A DNA stretch of 64,000 bases from Alphaproteobacteria bacterium MarineAlpha5_Bin5 (GCA_002938205.1 PTKZ01000002.1:64017-128016), one strand, 5' to 3'. Counted from the stretch's first letter, positions 10,444-20,214 are shown. Program-made: numbers and translations. The notes: generated by a model from the sequence alone, not told the origin.

Positions 10444-11070
10444 TTATTTATTTGATATTTCTCTTTCCATGACTGACGCTTGCTTTAAATCTTGAAGGGT
10501 ATTTATATTAAAAAAATAATCAAAATCATTATTTTCAAAATCAACAAACTTATAGTCATGTTTTTTTACGCAATCCATAATTTTTTTGTTGTATCCATTT
10601 AAAAAATTTTTTAGATTATCAACAAGGCTTATATCCCACATTCCTACTACTGGCTGAGGTTTTTTAGCTGAACGAGCTATAAAAATTTTTTTACTTTTGT
10701 CAAAATTACATAAAAACTTTTTTATTAAATTATTTGGTAAAAAAGGCGTATCCGATGGGATAGTAAAAATCCATTTTTTTCTTAAATGATTTTTTTTTGA
10801 CCAGACCATTGATGCATATATACCAGCTAATGGACCATTAAACTTATTATCTATATCTGGAACAATTGTTATATTATTTTTTAATAATTTATTTTGATTA
10901 AAATTAGCATTTATAATCATATCAACTTTAGCAGTTTTTAATTGTGTTATTATTCTATCAAGAATTGATTGATTATTAAATTTTGCAAAAGTTTTAAAAC
11001 CACCACCAAATCTCTTTGATTGTCCTCCGGCTAAAATTACAAACAATATTTCGTCTTTATTTATAATCAA
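10444..11070 (-). CDS. mobA: Molybdenum cofactor guanylyltransferase
   Basis: 208 aa with the N-terminal LAGGQSKRFGG nucleotide-binding motif, set among Moco genes. Confidence 0.8.
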   Translation of the reverse strand: MIINKDEILFVILAGGQSKRFGGGFKTFAKFNNQSILDRIITQLKTAKVDMIINANFNQNKLLKNNITIVPDIDNKFNGPLAGIYASMVWSKKNHLRKKWIFTIPSDTPFLPNNLIKKFLCNFDKSKKIFIARSAKKPQPVVGMWDISLVDNLKNFLNGYNKKIMDCVKKHDYKFVDFENNDFDYFFNINTLQDLKQASVMEREISNK

Positions 11071-11875
11071 TTCTTTGTTCTCCTGATAAAACTATATATT
11101 TTTTCCCTTTTGCTCTCCCAATCAATGTCAGGTTTGAATCTTTTGCCAATTCAGCACCCCAAGAAGTAAAGCCTGATCTTGAAATAAGAATAGGTACACC
11201 TATTTTTATAGTTTTGATTATCATTTCACTTGTAAGTCGACCAGTTGTATAAAAAATTTTATTAGTAGGATTAATTTTTTTTAAAAACATGTATCCAGCA
11301 ATTTTATCTACAGCATTATGACGCCCTACATCTTCCATATATATAATCGGGTTATTATTTATAATAATAGCACATCCGTGTACTGCTCCTGCTTCAAGAT
11401 ATAAACTTGGTGTTAAATTAATTTTTTTTGAAATTTCATATATCCATTTATGTTTAATTTTTTTTTGTGAGTTTAGTTTTTTCTTTTTTACTTCATCAAA
11501 AATATCACCAAAAACTGTACCAACTGCACATCCACTTGTTCTAATTTTTTTTTGCAGTTTTTTTTCATAATTTGTCTTTCTTTTTGTTCGTACAACAATA
11601 ACATCAATATCATTATCAAATTCAACTTTTTTAATTATATCATTATTTTTTAACATATTCTGGTTAAGCAAATATCCAATAGCTAAATATTTTGGATGGT
11701 CACCTATTGACATTAATGTTACAATTTCCTGATCATTTAAAAAAATAGTTAATGATTTTTCTTTTATTACTTTAGTAGTAATTTTTTTATTGTTTTCGTC
11801 ATATCCAGAAATAGATTTTGTTAGAAATTTATTTTTAGGATTAGGAGCAACTAGATATTTTTGTTTTTTTGCCAT
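11057..11875 (-). CDS. fdhD: Formate dehydrogenase accessory sulfurtransferase FdhD
   Basis: 272 aa with the EDVGRHNAVDK motif and a C-terminal SGRLTSEM-like segment characteristic of FdhD/FdsC. Confidence 0.85.
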   Translation of the reverse strand: MAKKQKYLVAPNPKNKFLTKSISGYDENNKKITTKVIKEKSLTIFLNDQEIVTLMSIGDHPKYLAIGYLLNQNMLKNNDIIKKVEFDNDIDVIVVRTKRKTNYEKKLQKKIRTSGCAVGTVFGDIFDEVKKKKLNSQKKIKHKWIYEISKKINLTPSLYLEAGAVHGCAIIINNNPIIYMEDVGRHNAVDKIAGYMFLKKINPTNKIFYTTGRLTSEMIIKTIKIGVPILISRSGFTSWGAELAKDSNLTLIGRAKGKKYIVLSGEQRIDYK

Positions 11876-11900
11876 AATGTAAATAATAAATTTAAATATT

Positions 11901-12593
11901 ATGAATATACTTGAAATTTTTACAAAATCTCTTTTTTTAATAATAACATTTAATAAAGATTTGTGGGAAATTATTATTCTTTCACTTTATGTAAGCTTTG
12001 TTGCTTTGATTATTGCATCAATAGCTGGAATTTTGAGTGGATATTTTTTAGCTTTAAAAAATATCTTTTTTAAAAATATTATTTTGGTAATTTTAAATTC
12101 TTTAATGGGTATACCTCCAGTGGTAGTTGGATTAATTGTATATTTTTTATTTGCATCTGGAGGACCTTTAGGCATTATGCAACTACTATATACGCCTACC
12201 GCAATGATTATTGCACAAATTATAATTATCTTTCCAATAGTTGCTTCAATCTCTCATGAAATATTTGCAAAAATTTGGATTGACTACAAAGATCAATTTA
12301 GATCTTTAAATATGCCTTTTTTTGGAACTGCTAGAATCTTAATTAAACATAGTTATTTTTTAATTGTTACAGCATTATTATCCGCTTATGGGAGAGCAAT
12401 TTCAGAGGTAGGAGCAGTAATGATTGTAGGTGGTAATATTGATCATTATACAAGAGTTATGACAACAGCTATTTCACTTGAAACTAGAATGGGAAACCTG
12501 GAATATGCTATGGCACTTGGTTTAGTTTTAATAAGTTTAACAATACTAATTTATTCTTTAATATATATTTTGACTAAAAGGAATTTTAAATGA
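11901..12593 (+). CDS. ABC transporter permease, tungstate (TupB)-like
   Basis: 230 aa with 5-6 TM helices. The cytoplasmic-loop motif GRAISEVGAVMIVGGNIDHYTRVMTTAISLET resembles TupB-type oxyanion permeases. No cognate binding protein or ATPase lies in the window. Confidence 0.7.
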   Translation: MNILEIFTKSLFLIITFNKDLWEIIILSLYVSFVALIIASIAGILSGYFLALKNIFFKNIILVILNSLMGIPPVVVGLIVYFLFASGGPLGIMQLLYTPTAMIIAQIIIIFPIVASISHEIFAKIWIDYKDQFRSLNMPFFGTARILIKHSYFLIVTALLSAYGRAISEVGAVMIVGGNIDHYTRVMTTAISLETRMGNLEYAMALGLVLISLTILIYSLIYILTKRNFK

Positions 12594-13078
12594 AAATAGT
12601 TGGTATTATTGGATGGAAAAATGTTGGAAAAACATATTTTGCTAAAAATATAATTAAAAATCTACGTAATAGAGGATGTAGTGTTGCTTCAGTTAAGCAT
12701 GCGCATCATGAATTTGATATAGATCATCAAAACACTGATAGTTATGCTCATAGAGAAGCTGGTTCGTCACAGGTAATTGTTAGTTCATCTAAGCGATGGG
12801 TAAAAATTACTGAATTAGAAAATAATCAAGAAAAAAATTTAAATGAACTTATTAATCAGTTATCTGAAACAGATATTGTCATTGTAGAAGGTTATAAAAA
12901 TGAAAGTCACCCTAAAATTGAGGTAGTAAGTGAAAATAATGATAATTATTTATATAAAAACATTTCTAATGTTATTGGTTTAATTTCTGATAAAAAAATT
13001 AATTGCAATTTGCCTCAATTTAAAAAAAATGAAATTAATCTCATTGTTAATTTTATTCTTAATGAGATAAATGAATAA
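12590..13078 (+). CDS. mobB: Molybdopterin-guanine dinucleotide biosynthesis adaptor protein MobB
   Basis: 162 aa with P-loop GWKNVGKT and VIVEGYK motifs. Its start overlaps the permease stop (ATGA). Confidence 0.8.
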   Translation: MKIVGIIGWKNVGKTYFAKNIIKNLRNRGCSVASVKHAHHEFDIDHQNTDSYAHREAGSSQVIVSSSKRWVKITELENNQEKNLNELINQLSETDIVIVEGYKNESHPKIEVVSENNDNYLYKNISNVIGLISDKKINCNLPQFKKNEINLIVNFILNEINE

Positions 13079-14285
13079 TCATCCTCTTACTAAAAAACAA
13101 ATAATCAATATGCTTAAAAAGCAGAATAAATTAATCAGTGAAACAGAAACTATTAATTTAATAGAGGCAAAAGATAGGATTTTATCAGAAAACTTAAAAA
13201 GTAAAATCAATCTACCTCCTTTTAATAATTCAGCAGTTGACGGGTACGCAATTTTAAAAACAGATTTATCGAAAAATAAAGTACTTTATTGCTCTAAAAG
13301 AATTGCAGCAGGAGATAATAAAGAATTTAAAATTAAAAAAGGAGAGGTAGTTCGAATTTTTACTGGAGCAAAAATGCCTACAAATTCTTCAACAATCGTT
13401 ATGCAGGAAAATACTGTAAAAAAGGGTAATAAAATATATTTAATTAAAGTTCCAAGATTAGGAGAAAATTATCGACTTAAAGGGGAAGATATAAAAAAAA
13501 ATCAAATAATTTTAGAAAAAGGTACTGTAATTAATAAAAAAAATTTAAACTTAATTGCAGCAGTAGGCATTACAAAAATAAAAGTTTTTAAAAAAATTCA
13601 GATTGGTTTTTTTACAAGTGGAAATGAACTACGGTTACCAAATACAAAATTAAAGCATTCTCAAATAAATAACTCAAATTATTTCTCCCTTCAATCACTT
13701 TTAAGTATCAACTATATCTCAAAGAAATATTGTGGCAATCTTCAGGATAATTACAAAGATGTAAAAAATAAACTTACAAATGCTTCAAAAAAATTTAATA
13801 TTATTATAACTGCTGGAGGAGCTTCTGTAGGTGATGAAGATTATTTAATTTCAGTTTTATCAAAAGTTGGTAAAATATTTTTTTGGAAAGCAGCGATAAA
13901 ACCAGGAAGACCAATTGCTGTTGGTAAAATTAATAAAACGTTTGTTGTATGCCTTCCTGGTAATCCTGTTTCAGTACAACTGCTCTTTGCAATGTTAATA
14001 ATTCCTTTTATCAAAAGTTTAGCTGGTGGAAAATTTGAGATTCCTAAGTCAGAATTGATATATTCTTATTTTAATATGAAGAAAAAAAATAAGAGGATGG
14101 AATGGCTGCGTGTTATTAAAAAAAGAATAAAAAATAAAAACTACGCTATAAAATTCCCTAAACAAGGATCAGGAATGATTACCTCAATCTCTTACTCTGA
14201 TGGAATTATTGAAATTCCTGAGGATGTAAGTAAGATAAAAAAAGAAGATATTTTTGAATTTTATAATTTTGATTATATTTTTTAA
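13071..14285 (+). CDS. moeA: Molybdopterin molybdenumtransferase
   Basis: 404 aa with NNSAVDGYA and ITAGGASVGDEDY motifs and a MoeA domain layout. Confidence 0.85.
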   Translation: MNNHPLTKKQIINMLKKQNKLISETETINLIEAKDRILSENLKSKINLPPFNNSAVDGYAILKTDLSKNKVLYCSKRIAAGDNKEFKIKKGEVVRIFTGAKMPTNSSTIVMQENTVKKGNKIYLIKVPRLGENYRLKGEDIKKNQIILEKGTVINKKNLNLIAAVGITKIKVFKKIQIGFFTSGNELRLPNTKLKHSQINNSNYFSLQSLLSINYISKKYCGNLQDNYKDVKNKLTNASKKFNIIITAGGASVGDEDYLISVLSKVGKIFFWKAAIKPGRPIAVGKINKTFVVCLPGNPVSVQLLFAMLIIPFIKSLAGGKFEIPKSELIYSYFNMKKKNKRMEWLRVIKKRIKNKNYAIKFPKQGSGMITSISYSDGIIEIPEDVSKIKKEDIFEFYNFDYIF

Positions 14286-14534
14286 TTATATATTTTTAAA
14301 CTTATAACGTATTATAATTTTTCCATTTTGCTTGTGACAACTTAGATATTCATAGTTTGATTGTGAGCAGTAATGTTGAAAATCTGCTTCTGCCAGAGGA
14401 TCAGTTGCAATTATTTTAACTATAGTTCCATCTTTTAAAGTAGAAGTCAGTCTCCTTGCTTTTAATACTGGTATTGGGCATTCTGTACCACTTGTATCAA
14501 GAATTATTTCATAATTTTCAACTGAATCTTTCAT
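14286..14534 (-). CDS. TusA/SirA-like sulfur carrier protein
   Basis: 82 aa with the conserved Cys-Pro-x-Pro motif (GTECPIPVLKARR) of TusA-family sulfurtransferases. Confidence 0.75.
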   Translation of the reverse strand: MKDSVENYEIILDTSGTECPIPVLKARRLTSTLKDGTIVKIIATDPLAEADFQHYCSQSNYEYLSCHKQNGKIIIRYKFKNI

Positions 14535-14573
14535 GACTTTCTGTTACTAAATATATATTATTATAAAATTTAA

Positions 14574-16277
14574 ATGAATAAATTTATCTCTCAAACTGAA
14601 ACTTCTTTAATTAAAAAAAAGAAGCGCTGGACTCCTAAAGGAAGACAGGTTGAAGATATTTACTTTAACGAAGTATCACAACTTTTTAGAGGCAAAATAT
14701 TTAAACGAGATGAATTAATCGAATATTTACATATTTTACAAGATAATTTTGGTGTTTTGTTTGATAAACATTTGGTTGCATTATCTTCAATAATCAATTT
14801 GCCACTTTCAGAAATTTACGAAGTAGCTACATTTTATGCTCATTTTAATATTGTGAAAGATAGACCAGATTATAATTCAATAAAAGTTGTAAGAGTTTGT
14901 GAAAGTTTAACATGCGAATTATTTGGAGCACAAAAATTACTTGCAGAATTAAAAAAACTACAAAATAAAAATTTAAAAGTTGTACCTGGTCCTTGTATGG
15001 GAAGATGTGAAGTAGCTCCGACGGTATGTGTTGGAAAAAATTATGTCGATAACGCAAGTTTGAAAGATGTAAAAAAAACAATAGATAATAAATTATTTGA
15101 AACAGTAGTGCCTAATTATATTAATTTAGAAAATTACAAAAAACATGGAGGATATGAAATTACTAAAAAAATTAAAAACGGTCAAATAACAGATAAACAA
15201 ATACTAGATATTCTAAATGAAAGTGGATTAAAAGGTAAGGGTGGCGCAGGTTTCCCAACTGGAAAAAAGTGGGAAATAGTTTCTAAATATAAAGGTGAAA
15301 AATATGTAGCTGTTAATGGTGATGAAGGTGAACCTGGTACGTTTAAAGATAGATTTTATTTAGAAAAAGATCCTCACAGATTTCTAGAAGGCGCATTGAT
15401 TGCTTCAATATTTATTAAGGCTAGTAAAGTTTATATTTATATTCGTGATGAATACCCAGCTATTATAAAAATATTATATGATGAAATTAAGATTTTAGAA
15501 AAAGAAAAAATAATTTCTGAAAATCATTTTATTATTCGAAGAGGAGCTGGAGCTTACATTTGTGGTGAAGAGTCTGCAATGATTGAGAGTATAGAAGGTA
15601 AAAGAGGTTTGCCTAGACATAGGCCACCATATGTTGCCGAATCAGGATTATTTGGATTACCAACTTTAACAAATAATTTGGAGACACTGTATTGGATTAG
15701 AGATATTATTGAAAGAGGTTCACAATGGTTTGCAGAAAAGGGTTTTGGTGGTAAAAAAGGATTTCATAGTTTTTCTGTATCAGGAAGAGTTAAAGATCCA
15801 GGAGTTAAAGTTGCTCCAGCTGGAATAACTATTCAAGAATTAATTGATAAGTATTGTGGAGGTATGAAAGATGGACATATTTTTAAAGGTTATCTGCCAG
15901 GCGGAGCTTCTGGAGGTATATTACCTGCGTCGATGAATAATATTCCTCTGGACTATGGTTCAAAAGAATTAACAGATGCAGGATGTTTTTTAGGATCAGC
16001 TGCAATAGTTGTCCTGTCAGATAAAGATAACATGAAAAAAGTAGCATTAAATTTATTAAAGTTTTTTGAAGAAGAAAGTTGCGGCCAATGTACACCTTGT
16101 AGATCAGGAACAGAAAAAACTGTTAAACTGATGAAAGAAAAAAATTGGAATAAAGAAAAATTAGCTGATCTCTCTGAAGTAATGGCCCAAGCATCTATTT
16201 GTGGTTTAGGCCAAGCTGCAACAAATCCATTGAATTCTGTATTAAGATATTTTGAAAATGAAATTGACTATGAGTGA
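14574..16277 (+). CDS. fdsB: NAD-dependent formate dehydrogenase beta subunit with fused gamma-like (NuoE-type) N-terminal domain
   Basis: 567 aa. The N-terminal 2Fe-2S thioredoxin-like part (VCESLTCELFGA ... GPCMGRCEVAPTV) is followed by a NuoF-like FMN/NADH module (GKGGAGFPTGKKW) and a 4Fe-4S motif (ESCGQCTPCR). Confidence 0.85.
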   Translation: MNKFISQTETSLIKKKKRWTPKGRQVEDIYFNEVSQLFRGKIFKRDELIEYLHILQDNFGVLFDKHLVALSSIINLPLSEIYEVATFYAHFNIVKDRPDYNSIKVVRVCESLTCELFGAQKLLAELKKLQNKNLKVVPGPCMGRCEVAPTVCVGKNYVDNASLKDVKKTIDNKLFETVVPNYINLENYKKHGGYEITKKIKNGQITDKQILDILNESGLKGKGGAGFPTGKKWEIVSKYKGEKYVAVNGDEGEPGTFKDRFYLEKDPHRFLEGALIASIFIKASKVYIYIRDEYPAIIKILYDEIKILEKEKIISENHFIIRRGAGAYICGEESAMIESIEGKRGLPRHRPPYVAESGLFGLPTLTNNLETLYWIRDIIERGSQWFAEKGFGGKKGFHSFSVSGRVKDPGVKVAPAGITIQELIDKYCGGMKDGHIFKGYLPGGASGGILPASMNNIPLDYGSKELTDAGCFLGSAAIVVLSDKDNMKKVALNLLKFFEEESCGQCTPCRSGTEKTVKLMKEKNWNKEKLADLSEVMAQASICGLGQAATNPLNSVLRYFENEIDYE

Positions 16278-19023
16278 AAAAAAAATCAAATTTTATTTTA
16301 ATGACTCACTTGTAGAGGCAGATAAAGATGAAACAATATGGCAAGTTGCATATAGATTGGGAACTGAAATACCCCATTTATGTTTTGCAAACAAACCAGG
16401 TTATAGAGCAGATGGAAATTGTAGGGCATGCATGGTTGAAATCGATGGAGAAAGAGTATTAGCAGCTTCCTGTATAAGAAAACCATCAAATGATATGAAG
16501 GTATATTCAACTTCAGAAAAAGCAAAAAAATCAAGAGAACTTGTATTTGAATTGCTTCTCTCAGATCAACCTAATAGAGATATTGCACATGATAATAATT
16601 CTGATTTCTGGCATTGGGTAGATAAGATTGAACTTCAAGAGAGCAGATTCCCAAAAAAAACACCTTGCCAGTCTGATACATCACATCCAAGTATGGCAGT
16701 AAATTTAGATGCGTGTATTCAGTGTAATTTATGCGTTAGAGCTTGTAGAGAGGTTCAAGTCAATGATGTTATTGGTATGGCATATAGGGGTGAAAATTCT
16801 AAAATTGTTTTTGATTTTGATGATCCCATGGGAGATAGTACATGTGTTGCTTGCGGCGAGTGTGTCCAAGCATGTCCAACAGGAGCTTTAATGCCAGCTA
16901 CTATTGTAGATAAAGATGGAGTTGGGCACAATGCAATAGATAAGAAAGTTAACAGCGTATGTCCATATTGTGGTGTTGGATGTCAAATTGAATATAATGT
17001 AACAGATAACGATATTAAATATGTAAATGGTGTTGATGGTCCTGCTAATAAAAATAGATTATGTGTAAAAGGTAGATTTGGTTTTGATTATGTAAGTAAT
17101 CCTGAAAGATTAACTAAACCATTAATAAGAATTGAGGGAAAAGAAAAAGATTTACATCCAAAAATAAATTTTTCAAATATTCATGAATATTTTAAAGAAG
17201 CTACTTGGGATGAAGCTCTTGATTATGCTGCGAACGGATTTAATGAATTAAAAAACAAAAGAAATGGTGCAAGTAATCTTGCAGGCTTTGGATCAGCAAA
17301 ATGTTCAAATGAGGAAGCGTATCTTTTTCAAAAATTAATTAGAACTGGTTTTAATACTAATAATGTTGACCATTGCACAAGACTGTGCCATGCATCCTCG
17401 GTTGCTGCATTATTAGAAACTATAGGGTCCGGTGCTGTGACAGCACCTTTTTATGAAGTTGCAAATTCAGAAATAATTATAGTTATTGGCGCAAACCCAA
17501 CAGAAAACCATCCAGTAGCAGCTACATTTTTTAAAAATGCAACAAAAAAAGGTTCAAAACTTATTGTTATGGATCCAAGAGGACATGCGCTTAAAAAACA
17601 TGCAACTCATATGTTGCAATTTAAACCTGGCACAGATGTTGCTCTTCTTAATTCAATGATGAATGTAATTATTGAAGAAAATTTATTTAACAAGGAATAT
17701 ATAAAAAAACAAACTGTTGGCTTTGATGACTTAAAAACTCATTTGAAAAATTATTCTCCTGAAAACATGGAAAAACAAACTGGAATAAAAGCAAGTATAA
17801 TTAAAGAAGTTGCTAGATTGTACGCAAACACTGACAAAGGAATCATATTTTGGGGAATGGGTGTTTCTCAGCACATTCATGGTACTGATAATGCCAGATG
17901 TTTAATATCCTTAGCTATGATGACTGGAAATGTTGGCAGGAAAGGAACTGGATTACATCCTTTAAGAGGACAAAATAATGTCCAAGGCGCTTCTGATGCA
18001 GGTTTAATACCAATGATGTATCCTGATTACCAATTAGTTGAAAAAAATAATAATAAGGACTTTTTTGAAAAATTTTGGAATTCAAGTCTTGACGATAAAA
18101 AAGGATTAACTGTAGTTGAAATAATAGATGCTATTCACAATAATACAATTAAGGGAATGTATATACTTGGTGAGAATCCAGCGATGTCTGATCCAGATCT
18201 TAATCATGCTAGAGAGGCATTGCAAATGCTGGACCATTTGGTTGTACAAGATATTTTTTTAACTGAAACTGCTACTTATGCAGATGTTATTTTTCCTGCA
18301 TCAGCATGGCCTGAAAAAAATGGAACAGTAACGAATACTAATAGGCAAGTACAAATGGGGCGGAAGGCAATCAAAGCGCCTGGTTTAGCTAAAGAAGATT
18401 GGTGGATTATCAATGAATTAGGAAAGAGAATTGGTTTAGATTGGAATTATGATCACCCGAAAGAAATTTATTATGAGATGTCTTCAACAATGCCTTCTCT
18501 AGATAATATATCTTGGGATAGATTAGAAAAAGAAAATTCAGTTACTTATCCATGCAAATCACCCACACTACCAGGTGAAGAAATTGTATTTGGAGATAAA
18601 TTTCCAACTGAAACTGGCAGAGGTAGATTTGTGAAAGCAAATGTAATATCTCCTGATGAAATGCCAGATGATGATTATGGTATGATATTAACAACAGGAA
18701 GACAACTAGAACATTGGCATACTGGTGCAATGACAAGAAAAGCATCAAACCTTGATGCAATTGAACCAGAAGCATCAGCTTCAATTTCACCAAATGATGT
18801 AAAATTAAATAATATTAACCCAGGTGATAAAATCAGAGTTTCTACAAGAAGAGGGTCTGTGGATATTCGTGTTAGGTTGGACAGAGCAATACCTGATGGA
18901 GTAATTTTTATTCCATTTTGTTATAATGAGGCAGCTGCTAATTTACTTACAAACCCAGCACTTGATCCTTATGGTAAAATTCCTGAATTTAAATATTGTG
19001 CTGCAAAAATTGAAAAGATATAA
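16252..19023 (+). CDS. fdsA: Formate dehydrogenase alpha (catalytic Mo/W-bisPGD) subunit, cysteine type
   Basis: 923 aa with an N-terminal 2Fe-2S domain, multiple 4Fe-4S Cys clusters (CIQCNLCVRAC, CVACGECVQACP, CPYCGVGC) and a molybdopterin oxidoreductase body containing TRLCHASSV. An alternative start at 16270 (ATGAGTGA overlap with the fdsB stop) is equally plausible. Confidence 0.9.
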   Translation: MKMKLTMSEKKIKFYFNDSLVEADKDETIWQVAYRLGTEIPHLCFANKPGYRADGNCRACMVEIDGERVLAASCIRKPSNDMKVYSTSEKAKKSRELVFELLLSDQPNRDIAHDNNSDFWHWVDKIELQESRFPKKTPCQSDTSHPSMAVNLDACIQCNLCVRACREVQVNDVIGMAYRGENSKIVFDFDDPMGDSTCVACGECVQACPTGALMPATIVDKDGVGHNAIDKKVNSVCPYCGVGCQIEYNVTDNDIKYVNGVDGPANKNRLCVKGRFGFDYVSNPERLTKPLIRIEGKEKDLHPKINFSNIHEYFKEATWDEALDYAANGFNELKNKRNGASNLAGFGSAKCSNEEAYLFQKLIRTGFNTNNVDHCTRLCHASSVAALLETIGSGAVTAPFYEVANSEIIIVIGANPTENHPVAATFFKNATKKGSKLIVMDPRGHALKKHATHMLQFKPGTDVALLNSMMNVIIEENLFNKEYIKKQTVGFDDLKTHLKNYSPENMEKQTGIKASIIKEVARLYANTDKGIIFWGMGVSQHIHGTDNARCLISLAMMTGNVGRKGTGLHPLRGQNNVQGASDAGLIPMMYPDYQLVEKNNNKDFFEKFWNSSLDDKKGLTVVEIIDAIHNNTIKGMYILGENPAMSDPDLNHAREALQMLDHLVVQDIFLTETATYADVIFPASAWPEKNGTVTNTNRQVQMGRKAIKAPGLAKEDWWIINELGKRIGLDWNYDHPKEIYYEMSSTMPSLDNISWDRLEKENSVTYPCKSPTLPGEEIVFGDKFPTETGRGRFVKANVISPDEMPDDDYGMILTTGRQLEHWHTGAMTRKASNLDAIEPEASASISPNDVKLNNINPGDKIRVSTRRGSVDIRVRLDRAIPDGVIFIPFCYNEAAANLLTNPALDPYGKIPEFKYCAAKIEKI

Positions 19024-19030
19024 TATTTTT

Positions 19031-19153
19031 ATGACTAAAAAATTAATAATAATTTTATTTCTTACGTTTAGCCCTATCACAGCTTGTTCTACATTCAGTG
19101 AAATTAATGAGAAAGTTAAGGGTGATGGCGTTCCATATGTTCCAGGAATATAA
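19031..19153 (+). CDS. Putative 40-aa lipoprotein
   Basis: Internal ATG of the tracked ORF 18926-19153. MTKKLIIILFLTFSPITAC has a signal peptide plus lipobox (I-T-A-C). It lies 7 nt after the fdsA stop, and no family was recognised. Confidence 0.35.
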   Translation: MTKKLIIILFLTFSPITACSTFSEINEKVKGDGVPYVPGI

Positions 19154-19206
19154 TTTTTTATAAAATTAGTTGCCGAAATTTTGAAAGAATTGTAAATGGA
19201 GTTTGT

Positions 19207-19282
<76 letters not shown>

Positions 19283-19286
19283 TATT

Positions 19287-20054
19287 TTAACTAAAATATT
19301 TTGTGAAATATTCATACATTGCTATTGATGCAGCATTGGATACATTCAGGCTATCAATTTTATATTTATTATTAGGTTTAAATGGCAAGGAAATTATATC
19401 ATCACATTCTTTTTTTATTAAATCTCTTATTCCTGAATTTTCAGATCCTAAAACAAAAACGGTTTTTAAAGAAATTAAACTACTGAGCTTTTTACTTTCT
19501 TTTAAATGGTCTAAACCGTAAATCCAATATTTATTTTTTTTTAATGTTTTTATGATACGGTTTATATTTGTTACTTTGATGTAATTGACATCTTCAACTG
19601 CACCAGAAGCTGATTTAATTATATTGGATGTGATTTCTGGAGAATTATTTTTAGCAACAATTATTCCTCTACAACCAAACAGTGAACATGAACGTAAAAT
19701 AGAACCAATATTTTGAGTGTCAGTTATTTGATCAAGTATTAAAATTAAGGAATGAGAATTTTTTTTTTCTGAAATTAGAAAATCTTCAAATGATTGTTGT
19801 TTTAGGTAAGTAGATTTTAATACTATACCTTGATTTATATTTTGATTACCAAATTTTTTGAAGAAATCTTTATTATTATAAATCTTAATATTTTTGATCT
19901 TTTTTTTTAAATTTGAAGCCAAATTAGAATATTTTTTTATAATGTTTAATTCGAAATGCTGCCTTTTTGGGTTTTGCAAAGCAGCTGTAACTGCATGTAA
20001 TCCAAAAATTTCTTGAAAAAGCTTGCTTTTTTCATTTTTTTTAAACTTATTCAT
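19287..20054 (-). CDS. rlmB: SpoU/TrmH-family rRNA 2'-O-methyltransferase (RlmB-like)
   Basis: 255 aa with an N-terminal substrate-binding segment (GLHAVTAALQNP) and SPOUT motifs (LDQITDTQNIGSILRS, VLGSENSGI, SLNVSNAASIAMYE). Confidence 0.8.
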   Translation of the reverse strand: MNKFKKNEKSKLFQEIFGLHAVTAALQNPKRQHFELNIIKKYSNLASNLKKKIKNIKIYNNKDFFKKFGNQNINQGIVLKSTYLKQQSFEDFLISEKKNSHSLILILDQITDTQNIGSILRSCSLFGCRGIIVAKNNSPEITSNIIKSASGAVEDVNYIKVTNINRIIKTLKKNKYWIYGLDHLKESKKLSSLISLKTVFVLGSENSGIRDLIKKECDDIISLPFKPNNKYKIDSLNVSNAASIAMYEYFTKYFS

Positions 20055-20185
20055 TATTAAATACAGATATCACAGAAAACGAGAAGAAATTCAATCTAGA
20101 TATATACAAAACGCGAATTTTTGATTAAAAGGCCGGTGCTTTTACGTATTTACGTATTTTGCGTAGGTGGGGTTGCTGTTTTAGA

Positions 20186-20214
20186 TTGACATTTATACTA
20201 ATATATTAGTATGT
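20186..20214 (+). promoter_or_regulatory. Candidate sigma70-type promoter for the tRNA-Tyr/tRNA-Gly/tuf unit
   Basis: Consensus -35 TTGACA at 20186-20191. The -10 candidates (TAGTAT, GTATGT) sit at non-ideal spacing. tRNA-Tyr starts at 20231, and an 18-bp perfect palindrome fills the spacer. Confidence 0.35.

Noticed and set aside
11876-11900. Moco riboswitch upstream of the permease-mobB-moeA unit or of fdsB (14535-14573)
   Set aside because: The spacers are only 25 and 39 nt, far too short for the ~130-nt Moco RNA motif. No conserved helices were seen.
16252-19023. Possible selenocysteine (in-frame TGA plus SECIS) in the formate dehydrogenase catalytic subunit
   Set aside because: The frame is uninterrupted, and the metal-ligand position reads Cys (TRLCHASSV). 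There is no TGA recoding.
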